Shown: positions 1 through 11,800 of the stretch, one piece after another
Layout: each line of letters starts with the position of its first letter
How positions within the stretch are numbered: position 1 is the first letter of the stretch
Made by a program: the position numbers and the translations under genes
The notes under the pieces: generated by a model
Databases searched by the model: none
The model's input: only the letters and a program-made list of their open reading frames with translations
Told to the model about the DNA's origin: nothing
Assembly (NCBI GenBank): GCA_050273025.1
Contig: CP158636.1
Coordinates: 8,370,001-8,434,000 of the forward strand
Source: Cenococcum geophilum
Lineage: Eukaryota
Direction of reading: 5' to 3'
DNA length: 64,000 nucleotides

Positions 1-1439
1 TTACCTTATAGATAGAAGGAGTAACCTTACCTATTAGTTATAATTTTAGAAGATCTAATAGCCTATAAAGGAGGGATTATTAACCTTAAAATAGGACCTA
101 TTTAGATAACTATTAAAGGGAGATAAATTAAGATGTCTTTTAATATCCTACTATTGGGATAGGATAAGGCAGTATTAAAAATACCTTAGTTATAAAAATA
201 TAATCTAAAGATTAACTAGATTATAGGTTAGGTTAATATTAAGGATACTTAACACTATAAGACGCGATAATAAACTAAGTTAGAGTAATATATAAAGAGA
301 CTAAGCGAGGCTTAAGTTATATACTAAAAAGATACTATAAGTATAGCAAAAAGCTATAGAGCCTAGAAAGTAAAAAGTTAGCAGATTATATAGTATAGGA
401 CTATAAAATAGAGTTAGAACTAGGAATAAGTTTAAGGTTCTTTTTAACCTATAAGCTTACTTAAGAGGGGTTAAGAGCACTTAAAGAGTTTATCTAAAAG
501 AACTTACGAAAGGGATATATTAGACTATCGCAATTATTAGCAGGTTATTTAGTATTGTTTATACCTAAGAAGAACAGAAAACTTAGGCTATATATTAACT
601 ATAAATAGTTAAATAGCATCACTTAAAAGGATAAGTATCCTTTACCCTTAATTAGCGAAATCTAGGATCGGATAGGTAATGCGTAAATCTTTATAAAGAT
701 AGATCTAAGATAGGCGTACTATTAGATTAGAATTAAGGAAGGCAATAAATAGAAGGCAGCCTTTAAGTTAAAAGAAGGACTATATAAGCTATTAGTTATA
801 TAATTTAGGTTAATAAATACACTAGTAACGTTTTAGAAGTAAATTAATAGTATATTAAGAGAATACCTTAATGAGTTTATTATGGCATACCTTAATAATA
901 TTATTATCTACTTAATGATAGAGGAAGAATACGGGGAATACGTTAAATGGGTTTTAAGAAGACTGTAAAAAGAATAGATATTAGTAGCAATTAAAAAATA
1001 CAAGTTCTTTATAAGGAAGACCAATTTTATTAAATTTATTATTAAACTAGGTTATATTAATATAGACCTAAAGAAAATTAAAGCTATAGTAAGTTAGTAA
1101 GAACTAGAAAATATAATATAGTTAAGGTTATTTCTAGGGTTTTGCAACTACTATAGGAGGTTTATAGCGTAGTGGTTAAAGAATATTAAACTATTTACTA
1201 AACTTATAAAGAAAGAGGAATTATAGGCATAGGGAGATAAATAAAGGAAGTTGTTTAAGGAACTTAAAGAGCTATTTACCTAGGAGCCAATCCTTAAAAT
1301 TTATTAACTAGGATTAAATACGGTTGTAGAAACAAACGTATTAGACTTTATACTAGGAGTATACTTACTATAGAGGTATAAGGACGCATAGCACCTAGTA
1401 GTATACTATAGTTGGAAAATAACACCACTAGAGTTAAAC
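1..1439 (+). pseudogene. Gypsy A pol fragment: protease end, reverse transcriptase, start of RNase H
   Basis: Translates to KNLRKGYIRLSQ..VLFIPKKNRKLRLYINYK, KDKYPLPLI and YLNNIIIY at 888-911 (RIP-ed YLDD), then VVETNVLDFILG; many TAA/TAG stops. Confidence 0.92.
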
Positions 1440-1626
1440 TGTCACAGTGCTATAATAAAGTAGACTAAATAACTATGTTATGGTATAAAGAGGAGAAGAA
1501 GGTGGAAAGGGGGTATTATATATAAATAGTAGGGCCGGCCGCTAAGGTACTAGTAGTAGGCTAGCTAATAGTAGGAAATAGTATAAGACAGTATAAAATA
1601 GTATGCGTTAGGTTAGTGCCGTAATA
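1440..1626 (-). repeat. 3' LTR of Gypsy B
   Basis: TGTCAC...GTAATA; direct repeat of 43311-43497 differing by transitions. Confidence 0.95.
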
Positions 1627-2284
1627 GTACTTCTCTCCCCTAGATGGTTTAGTCCCTAAACTAAATAAATAACTCTAAAATAGGCAGTGTTTAGGGTCGC
1701 CTATTTTTTACTATAAAGATATTAGTTCCGCTTACCGCCCTTAACTAAGCTAATGGCAATTTTCTATGCTAGGTATAGAAAATCCTAATTAGTTAGTTTA
1801 GTAAGTAAGGTTAGCAGAACTCTATACTACTACCTAAATTGGTCTATATGGCATTTCTTAGTAAGAATCTGGCTAATTAAATAACTTTAACTACTGGTTA
1901 AAGTTCTATAACATCTTAACCACTATAAATTTTAATACGGTAGTTGGCTATAACCTTAGCGTAACTTTTCCTTATTTTATACCTAGTTTAGGGGTCCTAG
2001 CTTCTTAAGGTATTGCTTATAGAAACGCTATATAGCCTATTTACAACCCTTTAGGTCTTCTTTTAGCTACCAGGTTGTATCCTTATAATATTTTTATTTA
2101 ATCTTATAAGTTAGGCCTTAGGGGTCTTTATTATATATATTAAAGATTTTCTTAAACTCTTATTTATCTTCTATATTACTATTATTATCTCTTTCTGCTA
2201 CTTATCCTTGTATATTGCGGCGCTCTATAGTATTAATATTTACTTAGTTAGGGATCTCTTTAGTAACCTAAAGGCGGACCTTAG

Positions 2285-5200
2285 TGTCGGAACGTTAATT
2301 ATGTAACGTGGTCACGAGACCACGTAGCGAGGTTAGCTAACCTGACCTTGGAGCAACCCCTTACTTCTAGACAACAACTAACTACCAACTTTAACACCGC
2401 ATACGTACCACTACAAGTGATATTCGTGCACGTTGATAAAGCGAGTATACCGATACTGATTAGTAGACGTACAGATTAGGAAATACGCAATAGCAAAGCT
2501 CGAAACCACGTATTAGCTTAACTGCTAACGCGTTAGATCGCCTAGAGAACCGTATCTTTACTTAGAGAGAGCTACGTTATCCTTAAAGCTTAAAACCACG
2601 TATTAACTTAACTATTGACGCGTTAGATCGCCTAGAGGACTGTATCTTTGCTAAGAATCGTCTACAGTGTCTAAGAACTGTAGATTTGTTAATAGGACAC
2701 GTATATACCTTTACACCCTTACCTTAAACCTAACGACTACCCTTACACCTACCCTTATATACCAAGACACGACAGTATAGAAATTAACTAAAAGGAAAGA
2801 ATTACTAAATACGGCTACGGAATTAACTTGGAAACGGCTATAGATAACGACCTAACGGAGTATATAGAGACCAAGATGCACTTATACACACGATCTAACC
2901 TTATAGACTTTACATTATAGATAGTGTTTTAGGAAGACTTTAAGAACTTTATACCGGAGACCTTTAAATAAGTATAATTTAATACTAGAATGGGAATCCG
3001 TTAATACCTAGTTAAGAGAGGAGTATATATTGTTAAGTAAGATAAGAGATACTCTCTTGGCAAGGTACTAATGGACGTCGCTAATAAAGAAAAGTTTTAT
3101 AAATGGATAGATAAGGAGCTTATTGCGGCCCTTATAGAGGTAAAGCTAATAATTATAATAACTCTGTAAGACTAACTTAATTCGACCTTAGATAAGCTTG
3201 CTATACCTCTAGCCCTACTACCACTACTAGCTACTCTACTAACTCTACCAGCTATTCTAGCTGCTGTATTACTAGCTACTCCAGTTACGGCACCGCCAGC
3301 TACTCTAATTGCTACCCCTACTACCCCCACTACTCCTCCCGGTCCTTAATCCTTTAATTATAACCAAATTTACGCTTTTATTAACTAACTGCTATGGCTA
3401 AGAGAGTAGTAACTGTAGCAGCTATAGTAACCGCAGCAGCTATATATATATACACCACCTAAACTAGCCGTGCCTAGTGTAGAGTAAGGACCTAGATATA
3501 GTAAGGAGGTGGCTATAATTACGAAGATCTATATAGACGACTAAAAGTATAATGGAGTTAATAATAGCTTTAACTTTAAGCTAACCATCTTCTATAATAT
3601 CTATAAGAGATCTAGCTTACTACTAGAAGGCTACGTAGTAGCATTTCCTAGTATACTAAAAGGGCTTACTTAGGACTACTACTATAACAGCAACCTTAAG
3701 TTAAAACCTTTTATGGAAGCCTGCAACTATATATAATAATTCTTTAAAGGGCTAGAATACTACCGCAAGAACCTTATAGAGTGGAACAGTATAACCCTTT
3801 AAGGAGTTATAGACAAGAACCCTAATAAGTTAATCTATTAGAACTTCTAACTACTTATAGATAAGCTGCTAAAGTAACGTTATAGACTATACCTAGACTT
3901 CTATATAAACCGTATTCTTATAAATAAGCTAGTTACTGCTTACTAGGGAGTACTAGTATGCCGTATTACTGTCTCTAACCCTTTAAAAAACCTCTCTTAA
4001 TTAATTAGTAAGCTATAATCCTTTATTGTTGCATGGGAAAAAGAATACCCCCTATAGGCCTTAATAAGATCGTCTTACTAAGCCTTTTTTACGGATTAAT
4101 GTTACTACCGAAATAACCAGAATCGAGACCGAAACACTAATTACTACGGCAGCAATCGCCCCTATAAAACTAACGGCAGACTAAAGGCCAAGTGCTACGT
4201 CTGTAAGAGGGAGGACTGCCGTTTATAGAAATATATAGAGGAGGAGCGTAATTGGTCTAGAGACGACTATAAGAGACGTTTTATTGATATTAAGGGCCGT
4301 AATAAGGGCAACTTTAATAACTACTTTAAATAATACGTTGCCGCCTACGAAAAAGATAAAGAGGATAACTTAGACTTTAAAGCCTATATATATAACGCTA
4401 ATGACTCTAGAAGCGATGCCGGAGAACCTAACAACAGTTCTACCTATATCACTACCTTTGGAACGCTTACTATAGAGAAAGCAACCTCTATAAGCGTAGA
4501 GCTAGCTAATAAGGCTTATACGCACCTGCTTATAGCTTTAATACTTACTATAGAGTTTACTACGGAGCCTTATATGGAGACCAACCTATTTACCTACAGT
4601 ACGGCTATAGCTATAGCATTACGGTATACCTTAACGGTTTTTATAGGAATTATAATTAATATGGGTGCTTCGCGCAAGTCTATAGCTAGTTATAGTTAAT
4701 TCTAAGCTCTATAGGCCATAGATAAGTCCGTAAGTCTTAATATATTAACTAAGGGCTAAGTAACTATCCAATTTGGGATCGGAGCCTTTACGTCTATTGG
4801 AACTATAGACGTTAACAGCCCTATAGGCAAGGTATAATTCCATATTATTAAAGCAGATACTCCCTTTCTACTTTGCTTGGCAGATATAGATAAACTCTAT
4901 ATTAAATACAATAACCTAAAGGACGTTATTATTACTCGCACTAAAAAGGTGCCAGTGGTTAGATGATTTGGCCACCCATTTCTCTTATAAAGCTTCTCCT
5001 TACAGTCCTATCTCGTTAAGTCTTTTAATACGAACCCTTGCTATTTAACCAATATAGAACTACGACGCCTATACCGTTGATTTGGTTACCTATTAGTTAA
5101 TAAACTATAAAAGCTTCTTAACAAGACTAGCTATGGCTATAACACTAATAGATCTGCTATTAAAGAGCTAACTAGACTCTACCACTATTGCTAGAAGTTT

Positions 5201-8200
5201 AGTAGATTTCTAGGTAGATTTCGCTTCACCTTATAAAACGACGTTAATTTTAATTATAATATTATTATTAATATTATGTATATTAACGGGTCCCCCCTAC
5301 TACACGTAGTTAACGAAGTAACTTAATTTTAAGCTGGTAGATAGCTACGAGATATTAGCGCTAAGCACACTTAGGACGTTCTATAAATGTGCTAGATTAA
5401 TAGCTATTTAGGACTACCAGACTTAATTACCACAGACACTAAAAAGAACTTTGTTAGTAAGGAGTTTAAACACTATGCTGCTACTATAGGAGCAACTATA
5501 AAGTTAGTTCCGGTCGAATTATACAATTCTATTAGAATAGTAGAACGCTACTACGGTCTGCTACGACAAGCCTACTAAATCATTACGACTAAAATCCCTA
5601 AAATTAGCAAGGAGATGGCCCTATAAATGGCCTTTAAAGCCATTAATAATACGGCTAGCCTAGAAGGCCTAATCCCTACACTCCTAGTCTTTAGAGCTTA
5701 CCCCTAAATAGTTAAATCGGACGCGCCATTACCTTTAGTTATACAGCAAGCTGCGGCTATTAAGAAAGTAATAGTGGAAATCTAGAAGTTACGAGCTGAA
5801 CGACAGATCGCTAATGCTCTTAATATACGAAATGGACTACAAACTAACGCTATTTATGGCCTCCTACCTAGTTCGCCTGTCTTAGTTTAGAGAAAAGGTA
5901 ATACTAGCTAAAGTAGTTATTGGGACGAACTATATATACTACTCGCCGTTAACGGCGAGACCTGCACTATAAAGCTACTAAATGGGCCTATAACCTTCTA
6001 CTCTATAGTTATAAAACTTTATTTACTGGACCTATAAGACCTAGTTAAACCACAAGAGTCTGCTAAATTAGATGAACTAGTACCTTTACTAGCCGAACCT
6101 TAATTATTACCTAAGGCTGAACTATAGCCACTGCTAAAGTGAGGTAGAGGTCGCCCCTATAAATACCTATTGCTTACAGCCGTCGCAAATATAGCTGTTA
6201 CGGATGCTATAATAAATATAGGCGCTTTTACGGGTGATATTGCGGATATTGCTGATATCGCTATCTACCTATAGGACGATAATACTATAGATACGGCTAA
6301 CACCACTATTTACTTACAGAACGATAGTAATACCTAATTTAGTGCTTTACGATAAAAGGAGGTTATAGGCCTACTCGAGAAAAGCGTCTTTAAGATTATT
6401 AAGCTGCATAATATACCAAAGGGGGTTAAACTCTTTAATTTATGGTTTATTAACAAGATTAAGAATAAGGGAACTAATAAAGCCTTTAAGAAATCACAAC
6501 TCGTTATATAGGCCTATAATGACTTAGAGAAAGAGCTAGTCCTTACTTAGTTACTAACAATTTAACGAGTTAGCTAGCGGCTGATTCTCTGTATCGCTGC
6601 TATGCTACTATAGACATAACTTTACCTCTAAGATATCTTATAAGCCTATATCTAGTCTACTACGAACCTAAACCGCGAGTTCTATGTATAACCACTATAT
6701 AAGCTAAATAAACAATTAGGAATTAATATGGACTCCGTTTTAAAGGTTATAAAGCCACTTTATAGAGTACCTAAAGCTAGAAACCACTGGTTTAAGATAT
6801 ACTATTTACACTACGTTAATTAGCTGCGAATGGACCAGTCCATATACAACCCTTACTTACTTTACAGTAATAAGCCTTTTGGAATTATTGGCCTATAGAT
6901 TAATAATACACTATTTCTTATAGATAATACCTTTATAGAGGCTAAATAAAGTAAACTATATAAGGCCGAATTTATAGCTAAGGAGCGAGAGTAACTAACC
7001 GCTAATATACCAATTAAGTTCAACGGAGGACTTATTTAATTAATATAAGATAGGAGTATTACACTAACGTAAAAGCGTCAGTGTAAGAACCTTAGTGTGG
7101 TTAATACTACGCTAGTAAATAGTACTAGCTCTAGAGGAGTTACGCGTAGCTTACTTACGCTAAAGGACCAGTATATTGCTTAACGCGCTAGAGGAGCTTA
7201 TATTGCCTTAGTCTGTTAGCTAGAGGCCTTATTTAACCTATTCTTTACTACCTAGGTAATTAACCCAGTTAAAGATAATATAAAGAGTCTTAATAAGTAA
7301 TTAAGCTAGTAGATTAAGAACGCAAATAGAGGCCTAAAGTTTATTAAGCTAGATGTTAACACCTTATAACTTCTGGTATTTATAGACGCTTTCTTTACCA
7401 ATAATAAGGACCTATCTTCATAAATTGGCTATGTTATTATACTAGCTAACGCAACTAAGAAGGCTAATATCGTCTATTGGAGCTTAATTAAGTGTAAGAG
7501 AGTTACTAGAAGCGTTTTGGCCTCTAAACTCTACGGAATAGCTTACGGCTTTAATATCGCCGTTGCCATTAAGTCTACGGTAGATAAGGTCCTATAGACC
7601 AACCTTCCGCTTATACTTTGCACTAATTCTAAGTCGCTATATAAGAGAAGCAATTAATAATTAATGTAATGTGCCTATAATAAGCTTATAAACGTCGGCA
7701 GATTATAGAGGTTAAATAGATTAATGGCGAAGCTAACCCTACGGACGCGATAACTAAGGGGAAGCCTTATATCGCCTTATAGCGACTTATTAATATAAAC
7801 CAAGTTAATATACAGGCTGTAGGTTAAGTAGAACGTAAGAAGTAATAGAAGGTGGCTTGCGGGTTATATAACTAGCAGAAGACGGCAGAAACTTATATAA
7901 CCGGCAGAAGATAGCAGGAAGTTATGTAATTGGCAGAAGTTAGGTTTAACAGAATTTGGTAGAAATTGGTAATATGGCAGAATTTGGCAGAATTTAGTAA
8001 TATGGCAGAATTTAGCAGAACTCTGTAACATAGTAGAATTTAGCAGAATTCGGTAATATAATAGAATTTAGCAGAAAATTAATAAGTTGGCAGAATATAG
8101 CATGTACCGCGCCCTAGCGCTGTTATAGCTATTGCGTATTATAGATGGAAGAGCTAGCTATTGCGTATATACTACGAATAGTCTAGAAGTAGGCTTAACT

Positions 8201-8410
8201 TTAAAGTGTAGATTAGCCTTCTTTTTAGAGTTACTCTAGTATCGGAATATTAATTATATAACGTGGTTATAAGACTACGTAGCGAGGTTAGCTAATCTAA
8301 CCTTGGAGTAACCCCTTACTTCTAGACAATAACCAACTACTAACTTTAATACCGCATACGTACCACTACAAGTAATATTCGTGCACGTTGATAAAGTAAG
8401 TATACCAACA
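2285..8410 (+). mobile_element. Ty1/Copia retrotransposon C (GalEa-like), full length ~6.1 kb, RIP-inactivated
   Basis: 171-bp LTRs at 2285-2455 and 8240-8410, TSD CTTAG. Domain order is gag (knuckle CYVCKREDC ~4193), protease (IINMGASRKS ~4650), integrase, RT (GL*INNTLF ~6890), RNase H. CTGATTAGT follows the 5' LTR. Confidence 0.93.
7870..8097 (+). repeat. Degenerate tandem GGCAGAA(T/C)TT repeats in Copia C 3' UTR
   Basis: More than 15 copies of (G/A)GCAGAA-like units between the RNase H end and the 3' LTR. Confidence 0.8.
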
Positions 8411-8811
8411 CTTAGATATATAGAAGGATTTATTTACTTAAATATAGTCCGGGAGATCTACTATAATTACCCCTTAGTATACTATAAGTATAAGGTATAG
8501 GCCGTCCTATTTATTATCCCATTTCTTCTTAGGTTTATTTATCTTTATATTTTCTAAGCTAACTATAACTATATTGCCTTTATAAAATAACGCGCTCTTA
8601 TCCCTATAGGTATTAGCGTTATCTTTATAGCGTTACTATAAAATCTAGGCTAGGGCCTTAAGCTATATTAATATCCGCTTAAAGCGGTTGGCTATAGAGT
8701 CTACGCGGAAGAACTCCTTCTTTGCTTATACTAATAGTATTAGTAAGTAGGGGCCAGTAGGCTTAATTCTAAGGTAAGGGTTAAAGCCATAGTTTATAAA
8801 AAATGGGGAGA

Positions 8812-11800
8812 TGTTAGCGACTTAGTCAATCGAGATATAAGTACGGCAAAATGGTCGCGTAAGCCTGTACGATTGGATTGTCTATAAACGAGAATCTAAA
8901 GCTAAAGAAAGGAAAGGAGAAGAAGGGGAGCGCCGCTCGAAGCTATATACGATCTTCGCGTTACGTGACCGCAATATGCGGCAATCTGTGGCAACTTGCC
9001 GGTGCGTAGTTCTGCCAAGTTCTGCCAGTGCCGTAACATTACCCCCCCCTCTAAAAAAGCCTGCCCTTAGGCTTTGCTGCTAAAAGTCTTAGTAAGAGAA
9101 CCTAACTAATTAAATAACTTTAACCGCCGGTTGAAGTTTCTAGATATCTTAACACCTTATATAACTAAGAAATTTCTAGAGCGTTCTTATCCTTATGTTC
9201 TTCTAATAGCTTATTATCTTTATTATGCTAGCATTCTATCTACTTATTTAGGTACTTTAGCGGTCTAAGTTTATTAGGGTAACGGCTATAGAACTCCTAA
9301 AGCTTATAGGGGCTACCTATAAAGTTCTATATAGGGTACTAAGTGGGGTCTAGGTTATATCCTTTCTAACTAATATAATACTTTAACGTTCCCTTTACAA
9401 GTTTATAGGCCAGTATTTCTTTAATTTTCTATTTATTATCGTCGTTAACTTAAATTAGCAGGGGAGGTTTATTCTTTTATCTAGATAGTAGGTTATTTGC
9501 AGCTTTCTGTAGCTTATCCAGTAAGAAGATAGGGTGGACTTTAATTAAGTCTAGGAGCTTAACCTTGTACAAGTTACCTACTTTATTAAGAATCTTATAT
9601 AGTCCTGCCATTTTATAGTCTAGCTTACGGCTAGGCTATTCTGTCTTCTAGTTCTTTGTTATAACCTAGACTATATCGCCTATAGTAAAGTTAGGCTCGC
9701 GCCTATGCTTATTTACCTACTATTCTATTAATTTCTAGGCCTTTTTTAGGTTTATATAGGCTACTTTCTAGGCTTCTTTTAAGCGCTTAGCGTACTGCTA
9801 GGCTTTCTTATAAAATAGTTTTTCGCGTATAGTCTGGGGCCCTTCTGGTCTTTCCCAGTTAAAGCTTATACGGGGTAGGTAACCTATTTCTAGTTAAATA
9901 GGGGCAAATCCGGTAGAGTTATAGGGTAGGGTTGCTTAGGCGTAGTCTATTAAGGGTAATAGTTCGGCCTAGTTATCCTAGAAGTAGTTAATAAAAGGCC
10001 GGAGTCTCTAGTCTAAGTATTAATTTATAATCTCCGTTTAACCGTCTATCTGGGGGTAATATACCGTAAAAAGCTTTAGCTTAATGCCTAGGATCCGGGT
10101 GAACTTATTTTAAAAGGCTAATATAAACTACGGCCTGCGGTTAGATATAATAGTATTTAGTAGTCCGTAAATTTAGTAGACGTAGTAAATATACAGTTGG
10201 GCTGCCTCTTTAGTATTAATATTTTTGTAATAGGGAATTAAGAACGGGCGCTTACTAAAGCGGTTAACTAGGATTATAACTATATTATATCTATTATAGT
10301 CTAGAGGTAGCTTATAAAAGTCTATAGAGACATATTACTAGGGGCGGTTAGGTATTAAGAGGGGTTTTAATAATCCTAGGGTCTTATCTTATAGGATTAT
10401 AGACCTACGGTAGTTGTTATAGTTTTATATATAGCAGTTAATATTTATAACTATTCCGGGCCAGTAGTAGCGGTCGCTAATAATCCTACAGGTCTTATTC
10501 TTTCTAGGGTAGGCCGTAGAGACCTAGGTATATGCTTTAGCAATAAGCTAAGTCTATAAGTTCTGTTTCTCTACTACTACTAGCCGTTCCTAATGCTTAA
10601 GTAATCCATTTTTAAGGGACTATGGGCTGGTAACGTTCTTTACCTTTTTATAGTACTCCTGTAGAGAAGGGGCCGTACGGTTTATCTATAGTAATTCATT
10701 AATTAAGTTAAGTCCTAAAGGGTTAATAGGATATATCTCGGCGCCTAAGGGGTCTGTACTTAGTTCTGCCTATATCTAGGGGTTAAGGTGCTCTAGTCGT
10801 AGTAGCGTCTGGGTCCGTAATAAGATCTTTATAGCCGTATAGTTACCTAGGTCTTATTTACGCCTAGTAAGAGTATCCGTATAGTTCGTAGCGCCTAGTT
10901 TATATATAATTAAGAAGTTAAACTAAGATAGGACGTCCGCCTAGCGTGCCTACTAGGCCGTAAGGGCCTTAGTTATTATAAAGTATTCTAGGGCCTTATA
11001 ATTTAACACTACTTTAATAGGTTTAGGGGTCCTCTCTAGCTGTATACGCCAGTGCTAAAAGCTAGAGATAATAGCCAGTATTTCTTTATTATAGATGTGG
11101 TAGTTTAGTTTAGCATCTATTATAGTCTTTAAATAGTATACAATAGGGTGCTATTCTCCGTCCGGTTGCTTCTGGGAAAAAATACCAGCTATCGCGCCGT
11201 TTAAGGCATTAGTTTCTAGCATTAAGGGCCGTTCTAGGTTAAAGTGGGCAAGTAGGGGGGCTAATACTAGCTGTTTTTTAAGCTTATTAAAGGCCTGCAT
11301 ATATATGGCGTTAAAGTAAAAGGGCTGGTTTTTCCTAGTAAGGCGGTTAAGAGGCTAGGCGATCCTGCTGTAGTTCTTAATAAAGCGTTAGTAGAAGTTA
11401 TAGAAACCTAAAAACGATTGCACCCCCTTTATAGTCCAAGGGGGCGTCTACTAGTTAATTGCGGTCATTTTCTCTAGGTCGGCCTTAATTCTATCTGTGC
11501 TAATAATAAAACCTAGGTACTTTATACGCTTAATACTAAATTCTAACTTCTTAATATTGGCCTAGAGGCCAGCTTTGCGGAGCCGTTATAGGACTTTATA
11601 GACGTGCTCCTTATATTCTAATTTGTTCTCTAAATAGATTATAATATTATTTAGATAGGCTGTATAGAAGTTATTAAGGTAGTTAAAGAGTATATTGTTT
11701 ATATACCGCTGGTACATAGCTAGTCCATTAGTTAGTCTAAAAAGAAGTACCTTATATTTATACGTCCCGTAATAAATCTAAAATATAGTAAAATCTTTAG

